Shown here piece after piece: positions 11,328 through 24,300 of a DNA stretch of 64,000 nt; within the stretch, counting starts at the first letter, position 1; the number at the start of each line of letters is the position of its first letter. The stretch comes from Blasia pusilla (taxonomy: Eukaryota). The stretch covers positions 1,054,001 to 1,118,000 of the forward strand of contig CM114271.1 in NCBI GenBank assembly GCA_050084515.1, read 5' to 3'. A model generated the notes under the pieces. It saw only the letters and a program-made list of their open reading frames with translations. It was not told the origin of the DNA and did not search any database. A program made the position numbers and the translations under genes.

Positions 11328-13482
11328 AAGACATTGATATTATCTTGCTTGAACTTATAGACTTCTTCAAAGATTACCAAGTTTATATCATTTAAAGATG
11401 ATAGAAAGTGTATATCATTTAAATATGATATACACTTGAAAAGATACGGTTTAAACTACAATAGAACCAATTATAGAAATCATCGTAAAATTAGGAACGA
11501 TAATCAAATTGCCAATCGTAGATTTTTTAACTCGAAATATACGGTTAATGGGGAGCTAGCTTTGATTAGAATTAAAAAAGAGAAATTAGATAGATGCCAT
11601 AATGATGAGGATGATTTTGTATAGCCAATATATCCGATGACCCCCATTTCCATTGATAGTTAGTTTCTATATCAATCCCCAAGGAGACAATTGAGAATCA
11701 TTACAATACCATGTGACACTTCTTTCATAATGAAAACAAGATTTAACTTAAAAAAATTCTCCTAAATTCTCTTTATTTCTTTATTTCTTATTCAGAGTCA
11801 TTCCCTTTGTTGATATTTAGCGTTTACGAAAAGGTTGTAAGATACGTTCATATATTCTAGTTGAGAACTTAATGTTAGATCCAAGGCTTAATACCATATA
11901 TCTTCATGAAAGATTGAAGGAAATATAAGGAAAATCTTACATCCATTGTTTAACAAGCAAATAGGACTTCCTTGGTGAGTGTTGATTTTAGTCGAAACCT
12001 TGATAGATGTAATAACTATTACTGGAAAAAACGTTGGAGATTGAGTACTCATTTTGCGAATCCAATTGATTTCATTTGATTGTGGCTTCCTTTTGATTTA
12101 CGGAAATTTTAGTTTCCTCTCTGTTATGCTTTTGCAATGACAAATAATTCATAAGGCTTAAGGTAAAACATTATCGGTATCTATTTGCCAAATCTTGTAT
12201 TTTCTTATAGGAAATTATATGTTGCCTTGTGAAGAGTAGGTTTGAGGATTTTTGTTCATACGATTATCGATACTAGTGAAATGGGTGTTTACACCATCTA
12301 TAATATTTTTGGAGAGTGCCCCTTCATTATGTAAATCCTTTTCCTCTTTACACTTGGCACTTTCAACCAATAGGATCACTCGTCTTCAGAACCAATAGGA
12401 TTGCTCAAAATTGATTTTAAATGACACTTGAGAACTTATTATGGAAGGTAATTCAAATCCATGGGCTTACATTATTGGTATATATCCTAAAGTACTAAAT
12501 TAGGATAAATAGAATCTATGATTTAATGTGAGGAGGGAGGGGTTACTTGATAGTTGAGACACCTCCTAAAGTAGGTGTGTCAAATTGCTTCTTGGAGCAA
12601 AATATTGAAAACACATTTGAGGACAAGGGCAACTCTCCGCAACCTTATATTTGAATGTCTTAGATTTTGATTTGATCTCCATGTAACACTTATTACATCA
12701 TGTAACCATTTGGTTGGGGATAAACGTCGAAGAAATATTCAAAGGGTAATGTGTGCTCATTTTAGGGACACTTGTTAATATTGTTATTGATAGAAACGAA
12801 CACACAGGAGCATCCAAGCTTGCTGGAGTGAAAATAAATGTTTGTTCTTTAGTTACTGCGGAGAAGGAAGTGGAGACAAAAGAGGGGTAGCTACCATTCT
12901 AAGGGAGGACGGAGCGGAAGCGGGCCAACTACCACTTAGCGGAATAGGAATAATGGTGAAAGTATCAACGTGTGCGAACTAGAGACGAAGGAGCCTTTGG
13001 AAGAATTTGCAAGCATATTTGGTGCTCTATAAGCCCGAGCGCCTTTCTCCTTCTCTCTATGCTCTACCGCTCTCTATGCTCTTGCATCATCGGGCCTACC
13101 CAAAGTCCAACGCGCCTCTTACAACCGTGTCGACAGTAATCGGTGTACACATGCATTGTCTTCTTGCTTAGATGAAGCATAGATGAAGACAAAGAGTGAA
13201 ATCCGCTCAACACAACAAAAGACTAATTGCACTTCCATTCCATGACGAGCACACATGCTTGATACAATTAAAAGTCGGAAATCAGATTATATGTGAATTC
13301 TATCATTGTTATAGGCGTTGCCAAATCAAAAGTCGGAAATCGTTGAGAGAGACGTTGCGGTTCGGCTGCCATCCGTCACATTCTGTCGGTGTTGTGCACT
13401 TGTAAAGTGTTTGTTTTTTTAGCAATTCGTGCCCGAGCCTCTTTCCAACCACCCCTTCCAACATTCCTTGGGCAGTAAAAAC

Positions 13483-13796
13483 TATTGAAGATTGAGTTAT
13501 AGTCAAGCTCATGAGACACCTGAACTGCTATATTTGGTAGTCACACGAAGTAGGGAAGCTTAATCTTGGTTAGTCACTTAAGCACGATTATCTTAACTAG
13601 GGTTAGTTAATCAGAGTTAGTCTAACTCGAGACTATGGTTAAGGCTAGGGTTAGGGTTGCTTGTACATACCCTATATAATTGAGAAGAGGACCAACCTCC
13701 ACTCATTCTCTCATTGCAAATTTCGTTCTCCATGGTGATATGTGTGTGTGTGAGAGCCGTTTTCTACTAGTTATGCTTGTTTAGTAGTTTTCCACA
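13483..13796 (+). repeat. 5' LTR of the Copia element (314 bp)
   Basis: Direct repeat of 18565-18868 with about 14 substitutions and one 10-bp indel by manual alignment. It contains CCTATATAAT (TATA-like) and is followed immediately by the PBS. Confidence 0.95.
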
Positions 13797-14311
13797 TGGT
13801 ATTAGAGCGATAGGAGAACATCACTTGAAATTCTTGGTGTTTGAGGAGAGAAGAAAGGCAAGAGAAGGCATAATTTCAGTTTCGGAGAAGAAAATTTTCT
13901 TCACAGCTTAATGGGTGCAGATTTCAGGTGGAGCTTTGACGGTGATAAAACTTTGGAGATATTTTTTAGGGCTTTCCTGATCGATTTAGCCTGCTGGGTC
14001 TGCAGCTGCGAGAACAATGCCAAAGGCATGTTCTAGCCCTCTTGTAGAGCTTGTCGAGAGCTTTCCAACGCATCCAAAATCGCTCGATTTTGATATTTTG
14101 AGCTCATGCAGTAGCAATGTCAGTGTAGGAAAGTGCAATTAGTGAAGAAAAGTGTGCAGTTTGCTCTCTATAGGCCAATTTCGACTAGTTCTTTCATACA
14201 ATTGATCAATTTTGGCAAATTTTAGGTTGATTTCTATGTAGGAGTGGTCTATGCTTCAATTGGAGCAGTAGAAAGCATGAAATTCTATTTTTCGGAGTAA
14301 AATTATTCGTC

Positions 14312-17300
14312 ATGGAGTATTCCTCGGCAGCAATCACAGGTGAGAAGCTAGATAAGCAGAATTACAATGTCTGGAAGTTTCGCATGAAACAATTTCTCAT
14401 GGGTCAAGAACTATGGGAGCTTGTCATAGGTAATGAGGCCAAGCCAGAAGGTGACTCAACAGACTTAAATATTCGGGCCTAGGACAAACGCGTAAGACAA
14501 GTAATCCACTATATTTCAATAACGATCAATTCGCCAGAAGGTGACTCAACAGACTTGAATGTTCGCGCCTGAAACAAACGCGCAAGGTAAGTAATCCACT
14601 ACATTTCAATAACGATCAGTTCGCCAATGATAGATCACATTCAAGATGTTGATATTCCGAAGGAGACCTGGGATGTATTGGAAAAGCTATTCCAGACATC
14701 TACAAAAGCAAGAAAGCTTCAATTGAAACATCAATTGAACGAAGTGAGGAAAGCATCGTAGAGCATCAATGATTATATTTTGAATATTAGACATATTGTT
14801 GACCAATTGAATAGCATTGGAGTGACAGTAGAAGATGATGATTTGATCTTGTTCACTCTTCAAGGCCTTCCAAAGGATTACAAGTCCTTTGAGACCTCTA
14901 TCTCTGTGAGAGAGAAGTATCCAACCTTTCAAGAGTTAGTCCCTCTATTAATCACTGAAGAGATGCAGCTAATAGGCAGCGGTAGCTCGTCTAGTCTGCA
15001 AGAGAGTGCGCTTTTTGCAGGTTATGGATCAAATAGAGGCAAGGGTCGTGGCAGAAGCTTCCGTGGTCGTGGTGGATATCAAGCATATGGAGGAAGAGGC
15101 ACTCAATATAACGTCACTCAATCAACTACGAACCAGTACCAGACACAATCACAAGGTGCTGATGGTGGAAATCGTTGGGGTCAAGGTCAGCAGCAGAGGG
15201 TCCCTATATCTTGCAATTACTATGAGATAAAGGGTCACTATGCAAAGTTTTGCTTCAAGAAGAAGGCAGATATGAGAACATGAGTCTTACAACAACAAAA
15301 TTATGTGGAGCAACAACACTAAGGGTAGTACCAAGAACAACAACATGCACAAACGGAGCATCTCTTGGTGATGACTCATCATATGGAAGCAATGGTCAAG
15401 AAAGACTCGACAACAGATTGGTACATTGACTCTAGTGCATCAAATCACATGACCTCACAAGCTAAATGGTTCAGTAGTTTGGAGCCGGTGAAAGATCCTG
15501 CAATTGTGCTCAGAGGAGATGACACTCAACATCATATCAAGCATACCGGTAAAGTTCCAATAGCATCAGATGGTCTTTGTGCTCTTGGAAATTTTCTCTA
15601 TGTTCCTACCATTGCAAGAAACCTGATCTTTGTAGGACAGATAGTAGAACAAGGTTATCAAGTGAAATTTAACGTAGATGGTTGTTTTATTGAAACAATG
15701 GATGACCAGACTATGATAGCCAAAGGAACTAGATCTGGCATAATATTAAAATTAGATGTTTCTATGCCAGAGATTCAAAAAAAAATGTATGGTCAAATCG
15801 ACCAACAAGTCACAGATCTAAATATGGGGCATAAAAGAATTGGACATATGAATCTTCAAAGATTACAGAGTCTTTCATCATCTAATATAGTAATAGGACT
15901 CCCTAAATTAGCGAGTCCTTCTTGCCAATTTGGAAAACAAGTTAGATTTCTTTTTCCAAAGCAAGGTAGAAGAGCATCCAGGATATTGGAGTTAATCCAC
16001 AATGATTTGTGGACAACATCACAACATAGCCTTAGTGGTTGCCACTACTTTATTTCATTTATTGATGACTTCTCTAGGTATACATGGGTATACTTTCTGG
16101 AAGCCAAGTCAGAGATATTCTCAGTGTTCCAAACATTGAGATTTCTAGTAGAGAAGTAGACTGGAGAACACATTCTGAAATTGCACTGTGATGAAGGAGG
16201 AAAGTATCTTTCAACAGAGTTTGATGATTATTTACGTCAGAATGGCATCCAACGTCAAGTGACTTACCGTTATACTCCACAACAAAATGGATTGGCTAAG
16301 AGGAAGAATCAACATATTGCTGAAGCGACACGAGCTATGCTGAATGAGAAGAACATGCCTAAGGTGTATTGGGCACAGGTTGTAGCATGTGCAGTCTTTT
16401 TAATCAACCAAACTCCAACAGTAGGAGTTCATGATAAAACTCCATTCAAAATCTGCACAAGAAGTAAACGTGATTTTTCCTTCTTGAAAGTATTTGGCTG
16501 TATTTGTTATGCTCATGTTCCTTCTGAGAGACGTAAAAAATTAGACCCCAAGTCTGAAAGATGTATCTTCATTGGCTATGCTGATGGAACTAAAAGATAT
16601 AAGTGCTACATTCCATCCTCTAGCCAACTAATTATTAGTCGGGATATTTTTTTGATGAGCTAAAGTCATGGTATGCTCCATGTGAGCCTATTCCACCTCT
16701 AAACTTGTGTGTTGAGGGGAAGAATATGACTGTAAACCAACAAACATTGTCTTCAACTTCCCCAAGTACTAGTGTAGGATTAGGAGAGGTCTTAGATTCA
16801 TCAGTTAAATCTGTGAGTCCATGGACGGAAAGAGTACGCATTCACTCTGTTGACACTAGTCAGAGCTCAAGTCAGGTGTCAGACATCTATCTTTGAACAA
16901 CAACTTCATAGATCAAGTAGAGTTACACATCCAGTTCATAGATTCATAAATGAAGGATTCCTTAAGACACATCATGCATATATGATGACTACCCTTCAAG
17001 AGCAGGAGTCGAGTTGTTTTGAAGAAGCTGCAAGAAAAGTCGAATGGAGTGAAGCTATTAAGGAAGAGCTTTCTGCATTAAGACATCAACAGACATGGAA
17101 GCTGGTTGATATACCTTCTGATAAGGAAGCTATTGGTTGCAAATGAGTTTACAAAATCAAGGGCAGTCAAGATGGTACAAGTAATAGATACAAAGCGAGA
17201 TTGGTGGCTAAAGGCTATGCACAACAATATGGTATCGATTATGAGGAAACATTTTACCGTGTTGCAAAGATGGCGACTACGAGAACAGTGGTTATAGTTG

Positions 17301-18577
17301 CAGTAAGTAAGAAGTGAAGATTACATCACATGGACGTCAAGAATGCCTTCTTGAATGGAGATCTATACGAGGAGGTATATATATGACTAAACCACATGGA
17401 TACGAGCATCCCAAGTTTTCATTTCGCGTATGCTAGTTGAAGAAAGCTCTATATGGGCTCAAACAAGCTATAATCTTGCCATACCAAGCTCCAAGAGCTT
17501 GGTATGGCAAGATTCCATACGTCCTACAAGAGTTGGGTTTTAGGGTATGTGATTCTGACTCCTCATTATATGTCTTGAGAGGACAAGATCATACAATTCT
17601 CATTGTGTTGTATATTGACGATCTCCTCATTATTGGAAATACTGAAGAAATGGTACAACAAGTCAAGCTTAAGTTACAAGCACAATTTGATATGAAGTAC
17701 TTGGAAGAACTCAAGTACTTCCTTGGTATTGAGTTTATCAAGGTTGGAGAGAGAGAAAGTGGCTACTACAATGATAATATGCCCTTCATGATATGGTATG
17801 ACGGCTTGTAAGCCAATCTCTACACCGTTGGACCAGAGTGTGAAGCTAAGAGTGGATGAAGGAGGGTTGCTTGCAGATTCTAATATGTATAGGCGCATGG
17901 TTGGAAGCTTGATCTATCTAACTATAACCATACTAGATTTGAGTTATAGTGTTGGCCTAGTGAGCCACTTTATGGAAGTACCTGGGAAACCTCACCTTGA
18001 TGTTGTGAGGAGGATTATGCGGTATGTGAAATTCTCTATTCAATTCGGGCTTCAATTTGAACCTTCTCCGAGTTTTCAATTAGAGGGATTCACAAATGTT
18101 GATTGGGCAGGAAGCGCGTTTGATCGACACTCCACATTTGGTTATTTATTTACTTTGGGAAGCGCAGCTATAAGTTGGGCTTCAAAGAAGCAACCTACAA
18201 TTGCTTTATCTTCAACACAGGCGGAGTACAAAGGAGCAACCAATGCAGCATATGAGGCAGTGTGGCTTCACCGATTACTTGTTAAGATTGGTGTTAGTAA
18301 CTTAGGACCTAGTGTAATAGATGCAGACAATATTAGTAGCATCAAGCTTACTAATAACCTTGTGTGTCATGCTCGTACAAAGCATGTTGAAGTGCACTAT
18401 CATTTTATCAGAGAGAAAGTGCCTACAGGAGAAATTGATCTTGTGTATATAGGTATAGATCAGCAAATTTATGACATCTTTACAAAGGCATTGTCTAGAG
18501 ATAAGTTTGAGATGTTTAGAAATGATTTAGGCGTTAGAGATATCGATATGAACTTGAGGGGGAGTATTGAAGATTGA
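14312..18577 (+). pseudogene. Copia gag-pol polyprotein, disrupted by stops and frameshifts
   Basis: gag: EKLDKQNYNVWKFRM, LQGLPKDY and a decayed zinc knuckle CNYYEIKGHYAKFC. Protease: WYIDSSASNHMT. Integrase: [61 protein letters not shown]. RNase H: WASKKQ, HARTKHVEVHYHFIRE, DIFTKAL. Confidence 0.93.
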
Positions 18578-18868
18578 GTTATAGTCAAGCTCATGAGACA
18601 CCTGAACTGCTAGATTTGGTACTCACACGAAGTAGGGAAGCTTAATCTTGGTTAGTCACTTAAGCACGTTTATCTTAACTAAGGTTAGTTAATCACAGTT
18701 AGTCTAACTCGAGACTATGGTTAAGGCTAGGGTTAGGGTTGCTTGGACATACCCTATATAATTGAGAAGAGGACCAACCTCCACTCATTCTCTCATTGCA
18801 AATTTTGTTCTCCATGGTGGTGTGAGAGTCATTTTCCACCAATTATGATTGTTTAGCAGTTTTCCACA
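18565..18868 (+). repeat. 3' LTR of the Copia element (304 bp)
   Basis: Follows the PPT, repeats 13483-13796, ends TTCCACA and is followed by the TSD AAAAC. Confidence 0.95.
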
Positions 18869-20745
18869 AAAACCCTGCTCAGTCTTCCTCCACTACAATT
18901 CTATGGGCCGAAACGCTATGGAAACAAACACTCGAGTTTTATTTTGAAACTGCTCTTGTCTCCTTGCGAATTCTTCCGGGGCTGCTCCCTTTCCTCACAT
19001 GTGGAAGCCTATAGTATAAAGCCATCTTATGAAAGCCGTCGTCTTTGCTACTAAGCTTATGTTGCACAAAACACAAAATTTCTTTTGCATGCGCCCGTAT
19101 TTAAGAATAGAATTTCAAAGTTCTTTCTTAATAAGTGTCATGGCACCATCCAAACTGTCGTAACCAATCTTGTTCTTGGATTAGCTCTTTGTTGATTCAC
19201 AGAGTTTTAGGGAAGCAAGTTTGTCAAGATTATGATATGACAACTGATCGATCACAATTCAAAAAATTTTTTTATAGAAATGTGATCCAAGGGGTCTCTT
19301 TGGTATCCACTTGCTCCGATTCCCAACGCTCCTCATCAACAAGCAAGCACATCAAGTGGGCCTTGCCATTCATATGCATCAAACTCTACTCTTTGATGCT
19401 TGCGCAGGTTGGTTAGTTCCTCTCGCACGCTGTGCCTCATCTCTTGTATCTCACTGTTGCTACCAGTTCCGCCTACAAGATTTGGTAGTGAAGCCTTTAC
19501 CCAACATCCTCCCTCACCCTGAATGTGCTTACGATCGGGAGCTCCTTTGATGAAATCAAAACTAGCACGGGCGGAGATCTGAATGGGATACCTCGTTTAC
19601 TTGCATGAAGGACTTCTTGCACAGGGTTATCTCTTTGGAGCCGCTTTTTGTGGGGAATGGCCAAATTTCCGCATACAATCCCAATACTTGCTTCTTGGGT
19701 TCCTAAAGAATCTCTCATCCAACTAGAGAATTGAAAGATTTAGGACGTATTGTTTTCGAGCTTGATCACATGATCTCATAGAATGCTCTACTCCCCTGCG
19801 AGAACTTGAGTAGGAGTGTGCACCTGTGCGTTCATGGAAATCATCATTGTGAGTAAGATTACAAAAAATGACTAGAGTCTGCGTAATAGATGATTCACAA
19901 TGTATCCTACGGCAGTTTTTTCACTGATGACAACGAAGCTCAACATCTTCCTTTTCTTTCATTATTATGCATTCTATGCTAAAAATTCATACGCTAAAAT
20001 TTGATGCCATCGGCATTCTTACTAGTGATTAATACATGTGGGATTTTTTATTTGTAAGAATTTTGACAAGATTTATTACGTTTCACTAACTGAAAAGACA
20101 CTATCATAGGTCTTATTCGAAATTAAGAAAACTTGAATTGTGTGAAAAAAATTTGAAAAAATTAATAAAATGTTTTTTCGTCAATAGATTCCTTTTTCGT
20201 CCCATATTCCACGTCCTTATAGCGTGACCGAGCGAGGGACAACCACGTAGTCGTCCCAACGGGGGCCAATGCGGGCTCGCCATTGTAATGATTGCGGCTC
20301 ACAGACCATGGTACGCGGCGCATGCAGCCTCTACCCGCTTGCCACCGCACGAACCACTCGCGGGCGGCCAATGCGTCCCTGCCACCTGCGGCGGAGCGAC
20401 TGTAGTGAACCGCGGCGAGAACACAAGCGCGACTAACCATGGTAGCGACGAGAAAAACACCGGCGGAGATTGCCGGTCTCCCATCTCCGGCCAGTCCGTC
20501 CGGCGCCGGAGGCGAAAGGCGGAGCGAAGAAAGTGCCGAATTCGGAGGGTTCTTCTTCTTCTTCATGATGAATCGGTCGATTCTCACTCCCTCGCGAGTC
20601 CGAAATTCCTTGTTCGCTGGCTCTCAGCGGACAAGGAATTTCTTCCATGGAGTGGGAAATCTCGCGCCAGGAAGAAGCTATAGAAGGAGTTTGCTCCGAA
20701 GTGCGCGCGACTGGAGTGGAAGAAGTTCGAATTTGCCAATAGGAG

Positions 20746-20781
20746 GAGGAAGAGGAAGAGGAAGAGGAAGAGGAAGAGGAA
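20746..20781. repeat. (GAGGAA)n hexanucleotide repeat upstream of the GH31 gene
   Basis: About six tandem GAGGAA units. Confidence 0.85.
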
Positions 20782-20935
20782 GAAGCTGTGGATGGATGCA
20801 GGAGGTTGCTGCGGTGTTGGAGCGGTTTGATTGTATGATTTGCTTGAGAGGGTGAGGGATGAAGTTGGGAGGGAGAGGGGTGAGTCGAGGGATTTGAGTC
20901 TGCGAATGAGGCGACTTCGGTGGGAGTTGGGGCAA

Positions 20936-21261
20936 ATGGCGGAGCTGTGGTCAATGGCGGAGAGGTTTCTGGCTCTTGTGGTGGTCTGCAGCGCTTTCGC
21001 CTCCTCGGCGATGAGCGAGCGGTGGGTGAGCGATGGCTATAGGCTCGTGTCGATCCAGGATTTGGCAGACGGCTCTGGAATTCTGGCGTTCCTCGCACCA
21101 ATCAATGCTAGCAGCACCTACGGCGATGACATTTCGTCTCTCGTCGTGTCTGCCAGGTACTCTCTCCGCGCGATCTCAAGTGGAAATTCGTCACCTGTTT
21201 CGTGACGAATTTGCAAGGGTTCCTCCTCTCGAAATGTCAGCTCCTTTTTCATATGTTCTAC

Positions 21262-21315
<54 letters not shown>

Positions 21316-24300
21316 TGTACCCGTTAGAGTAGCCTTGCGACCATAGACCCCTGGTTGGACGGTGCTAGAGACTGGGATGGGTGTGGAGAGAGGAAGAAGT
21401 GAAGAAGGTACTATATGAGAGGAGGGAGACACTCGCATATACTGTAAGTGCTGATCATACAAGTGTGTCCTCTCTTCCGTATGTGAAAAAGATTCTGTTT
21501 AAGCTCTAGATCAGTTGGACTACACCTGAATCTAACGAATGCATGATAGAGTGTAGAGGTCAAGGGAGCTGAGCTGTTCAGAGGCCTCCTTCGGGGATCT
21601 CCCAGTATTCATGAAAGTGTAGTGATGGACACACAGAGAAAGAGAGAAACAGATGGATCCCCACCTTTTCTTCTGAAGAAGAACAGAAGAAAAGGTGGGG
21701 ATCCATCTGTTTTGGAAATTGTTTCAGGTACACGCACTGTTGGGTGATGGTGAGTTGGAAGGAAGGTGAGCTACATGAATTCGGCGCTTGTCTTGAATTG
21801 CGGGGTGTTTCATGTCACTGTGCAGACTGGAGTCCGAGGCCAGAATTCATGTGCGGATAACAGATGCGAACAACACACGATGGGAGATTCCACAGTCGCT
21901 GATACCTAGGCCATCTTTCGACGATCCTTCATCACCCTCAGTCTCAACAAAGGGTGCGCTCGGCTTCTCCTACACAGCTGAGCCTTTCGGATTTGCCATC
22001 ACTCGTCTGTCAACCGCAGAGGTTCTCTTCAATTCCACTCCCACTTCCAACGATTTCGATGGTCCCAACAGCTTTGGGCCACTGGTTTTCAAGGACCAGT
22101 ATCTGGAGATTTCCACCTCGCTGCCTCACAACTCCGCCCTCTATGGATTGGGTGAGAGCACTCGGCCTGCTGGGCTTCGTCTCGCAGCTGGAGAACTCTT
22201 CACTCTGTGGAGCTCGGATATCGGAGAATTCAATGTCAACATCGATCTCTACGGCTCCTTTCCTTACTATCTGGATGTTAGAGAAGGGGGAAATACACAC
22301 GGAGTGCTGCTGCTCAACAGCAATGGGATGGACGTGTTCTACGAGGGAAGCTTCCTCACATTTAAGCCCATCGGCGGAATCCTCGATTTCTACTTCTTTG
22401 CAGGACCTACTCCTGCCGCTGTTCTCAGTCAGTACACTGAAATCGTAGGTCGACCTGCTGCCATGCCGTACTGGAGTCTAGGTACGCAATCCTCTCTTTG
22501 TCGTATGATGCCTTCATTGCAGACATCTGAAGCAGTGGTATACTTTCTCTGATGGTTACCTCTCTCTCCTTGCCATCTGCCTTCCTGTTGCACGGTCATC
22601 GTTATTGGTGACTACATAGTCCTCCCTAGTGTTCTCGAAAATTGCGTGGCTGAGATTGTTGTGGAAGAAAGCCCACAGATATCGCTTTCTGGAATCCTGC
22701 CACTCGCGAACTGCTTTCTGCTGCTCATCTCGTGACACTCTGACCTGATCATGGTGACGACAGAGATTAAAACAACCGACTAGAGGATGACAGAGTATTA
22801 GAATATATTCTAGCAAATCTGAGTACTGCAGTTTTTCTTGTTATCCTATTGAAAAGCGCTGGGAATTCGAACCTGTTCCCATTCGGTAGGTATCGGTCAC
22901 AGTTCCTTGAGCAAGTGTTCAGTTCCTACGATGGATTTAATCACCAAACTTGTCCCCATTAGTGTCCTTTGAGGTTCGGGTCATCACCATACCTGGAGTA
23001 AAAGTCCCCTATAGACTAAAGGCTCTGCAGATACCTTCGACATGGCAAGATTCTGAACTCGTTCGCACCATGGACTGTCTACGCAAACCTCGCAGTTCCC
23101 GAAGTTGGGACGGGATGCGATCTTGATGACCCCATCACTGAAATCGCCTACAGATGTTCTGAATTGTGCCCTTACTCCGTCCAAATTCCGTATTGCAATT
23201 GCATCACGCAGCGTGGCTTATTCTTGACTGTTCGGAGATGGGGTTTTTGGGAAACAGGACTCCATCAATGCCGATGGGGATACAAGAATGTGAAGGAGCT
23301 GCAGGAAGTTGTGGCGAAGTACACTGAAGCGAACATCCCACTGGAAGCTATCTGGTCGGACATCGATTACATGGATCACTACAAGGACTTCACCTTAGAC
23401 CCAGTGAACTATCCACAAGAGGAGCTGGCGGCCTTTCTCGAGCAGTTGCACTCAGGTGATCGATACTATGTACAAATCATTGATCCTGGTAAGTATTACT
23501 TACAAGCCTTGCAATTTCATGGGGGATTCTCTTTGCTCTCAGACGTCAAGCTCTTCTCGTCGTGTGCAATTGTTAGACAGCGGGGGATTGATGATTCGAA
23601 CCTGTGGATTACGCGACTGCAGGCATCGCAACGGATGAGAACTACGGCACTTTCACTCGAGGGATTGAACATGACATCTTTTTGAAAGAACTGGACGGCT
23701 CACGGTTCTTGGCGCAGGTATGGCCTGGGCCTGTGTACTTTCCAGACTTCCTGCACCCGCGTATCCAAGACTACTGGACTTCGGAGATCGAAAGGTTCCA
23801 CAAGGTCGCCGCCTTCGATGGTCTCTGGATTGACATGAACGAGGACTCGAATTTCTGCACCGGTGTCGCCTGCTCCATCGGCACCATTCCATCCGACAAG
23901 AGTTTCGAATCCCTCATCACATGCTTCTTGAACTGCAGCGCTTCCAGCAACACGAAGTGGGAGAATCCTCCTTACTCGATCCACAACGCCAACGGACCGG
24001 AGCCGCTCAACCACAAAACAATCGGTGTGGCTGTGGCTCACGCCGGTGGAGAGCTGGAATACGACACTCACAATCTCTACGGTTTCTCCGAAGCCATAGT
24101 CACAAACAGGGCGCTCGTTTCTCTCTTCGGAAAGCGCCCCTTTCTTCTCTCCCGATCCACATTTCCTGGAGCCGGCGCGTACACTGCACATTGGACAGGC
24201 GACAATGCAGCGACGTGGGATGAATTAGCCTACTCCATCGTGGGAGTTTTGAACTCGGGATTGTTCGGTATTCCGATGATAGGAGCAGACATCTGTGGAT

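Larger units (their letters stand above)
13483..18868 (+). mobile_element. Full-length, degenerate Ty1/Copia LTR retrotransposon
   Basis: LTRs at 13483-13796 and 18565-18868. TSD AAAAC at 13478-13482 and 18869-18873. PBS TGGTATTAGAGC (13797-13808) is one mismatch from the iMet-tRNA PBS. PPT GAGGGGGAG lies before 18565. Domain order is gag, protease, integrase, RT, RNase H. Confidence 0.96.

Noticed and set aside
12782..13135. Possible solo LTR (TGTTAT...TCGACA)
   Set aside because: The flanks AATAT and GTAAT do not form a TSD, and there is no second copy, PBS or PPT.
20162..21101. Long ORFs on both strands, including the 222-aa minus ORF with poly-Ser
   Set aside because: Explained by high GC, the (GAGGAA)n repeat and the antisense shadow of GH31 exon 1.
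22845..22925. Pol III B-box-like GGTTCGAATTCCC on the minus strand (tRNA or SINE?)
   Set aside because: No cloverleaf, convincing A-box, tail or TSD could be built.
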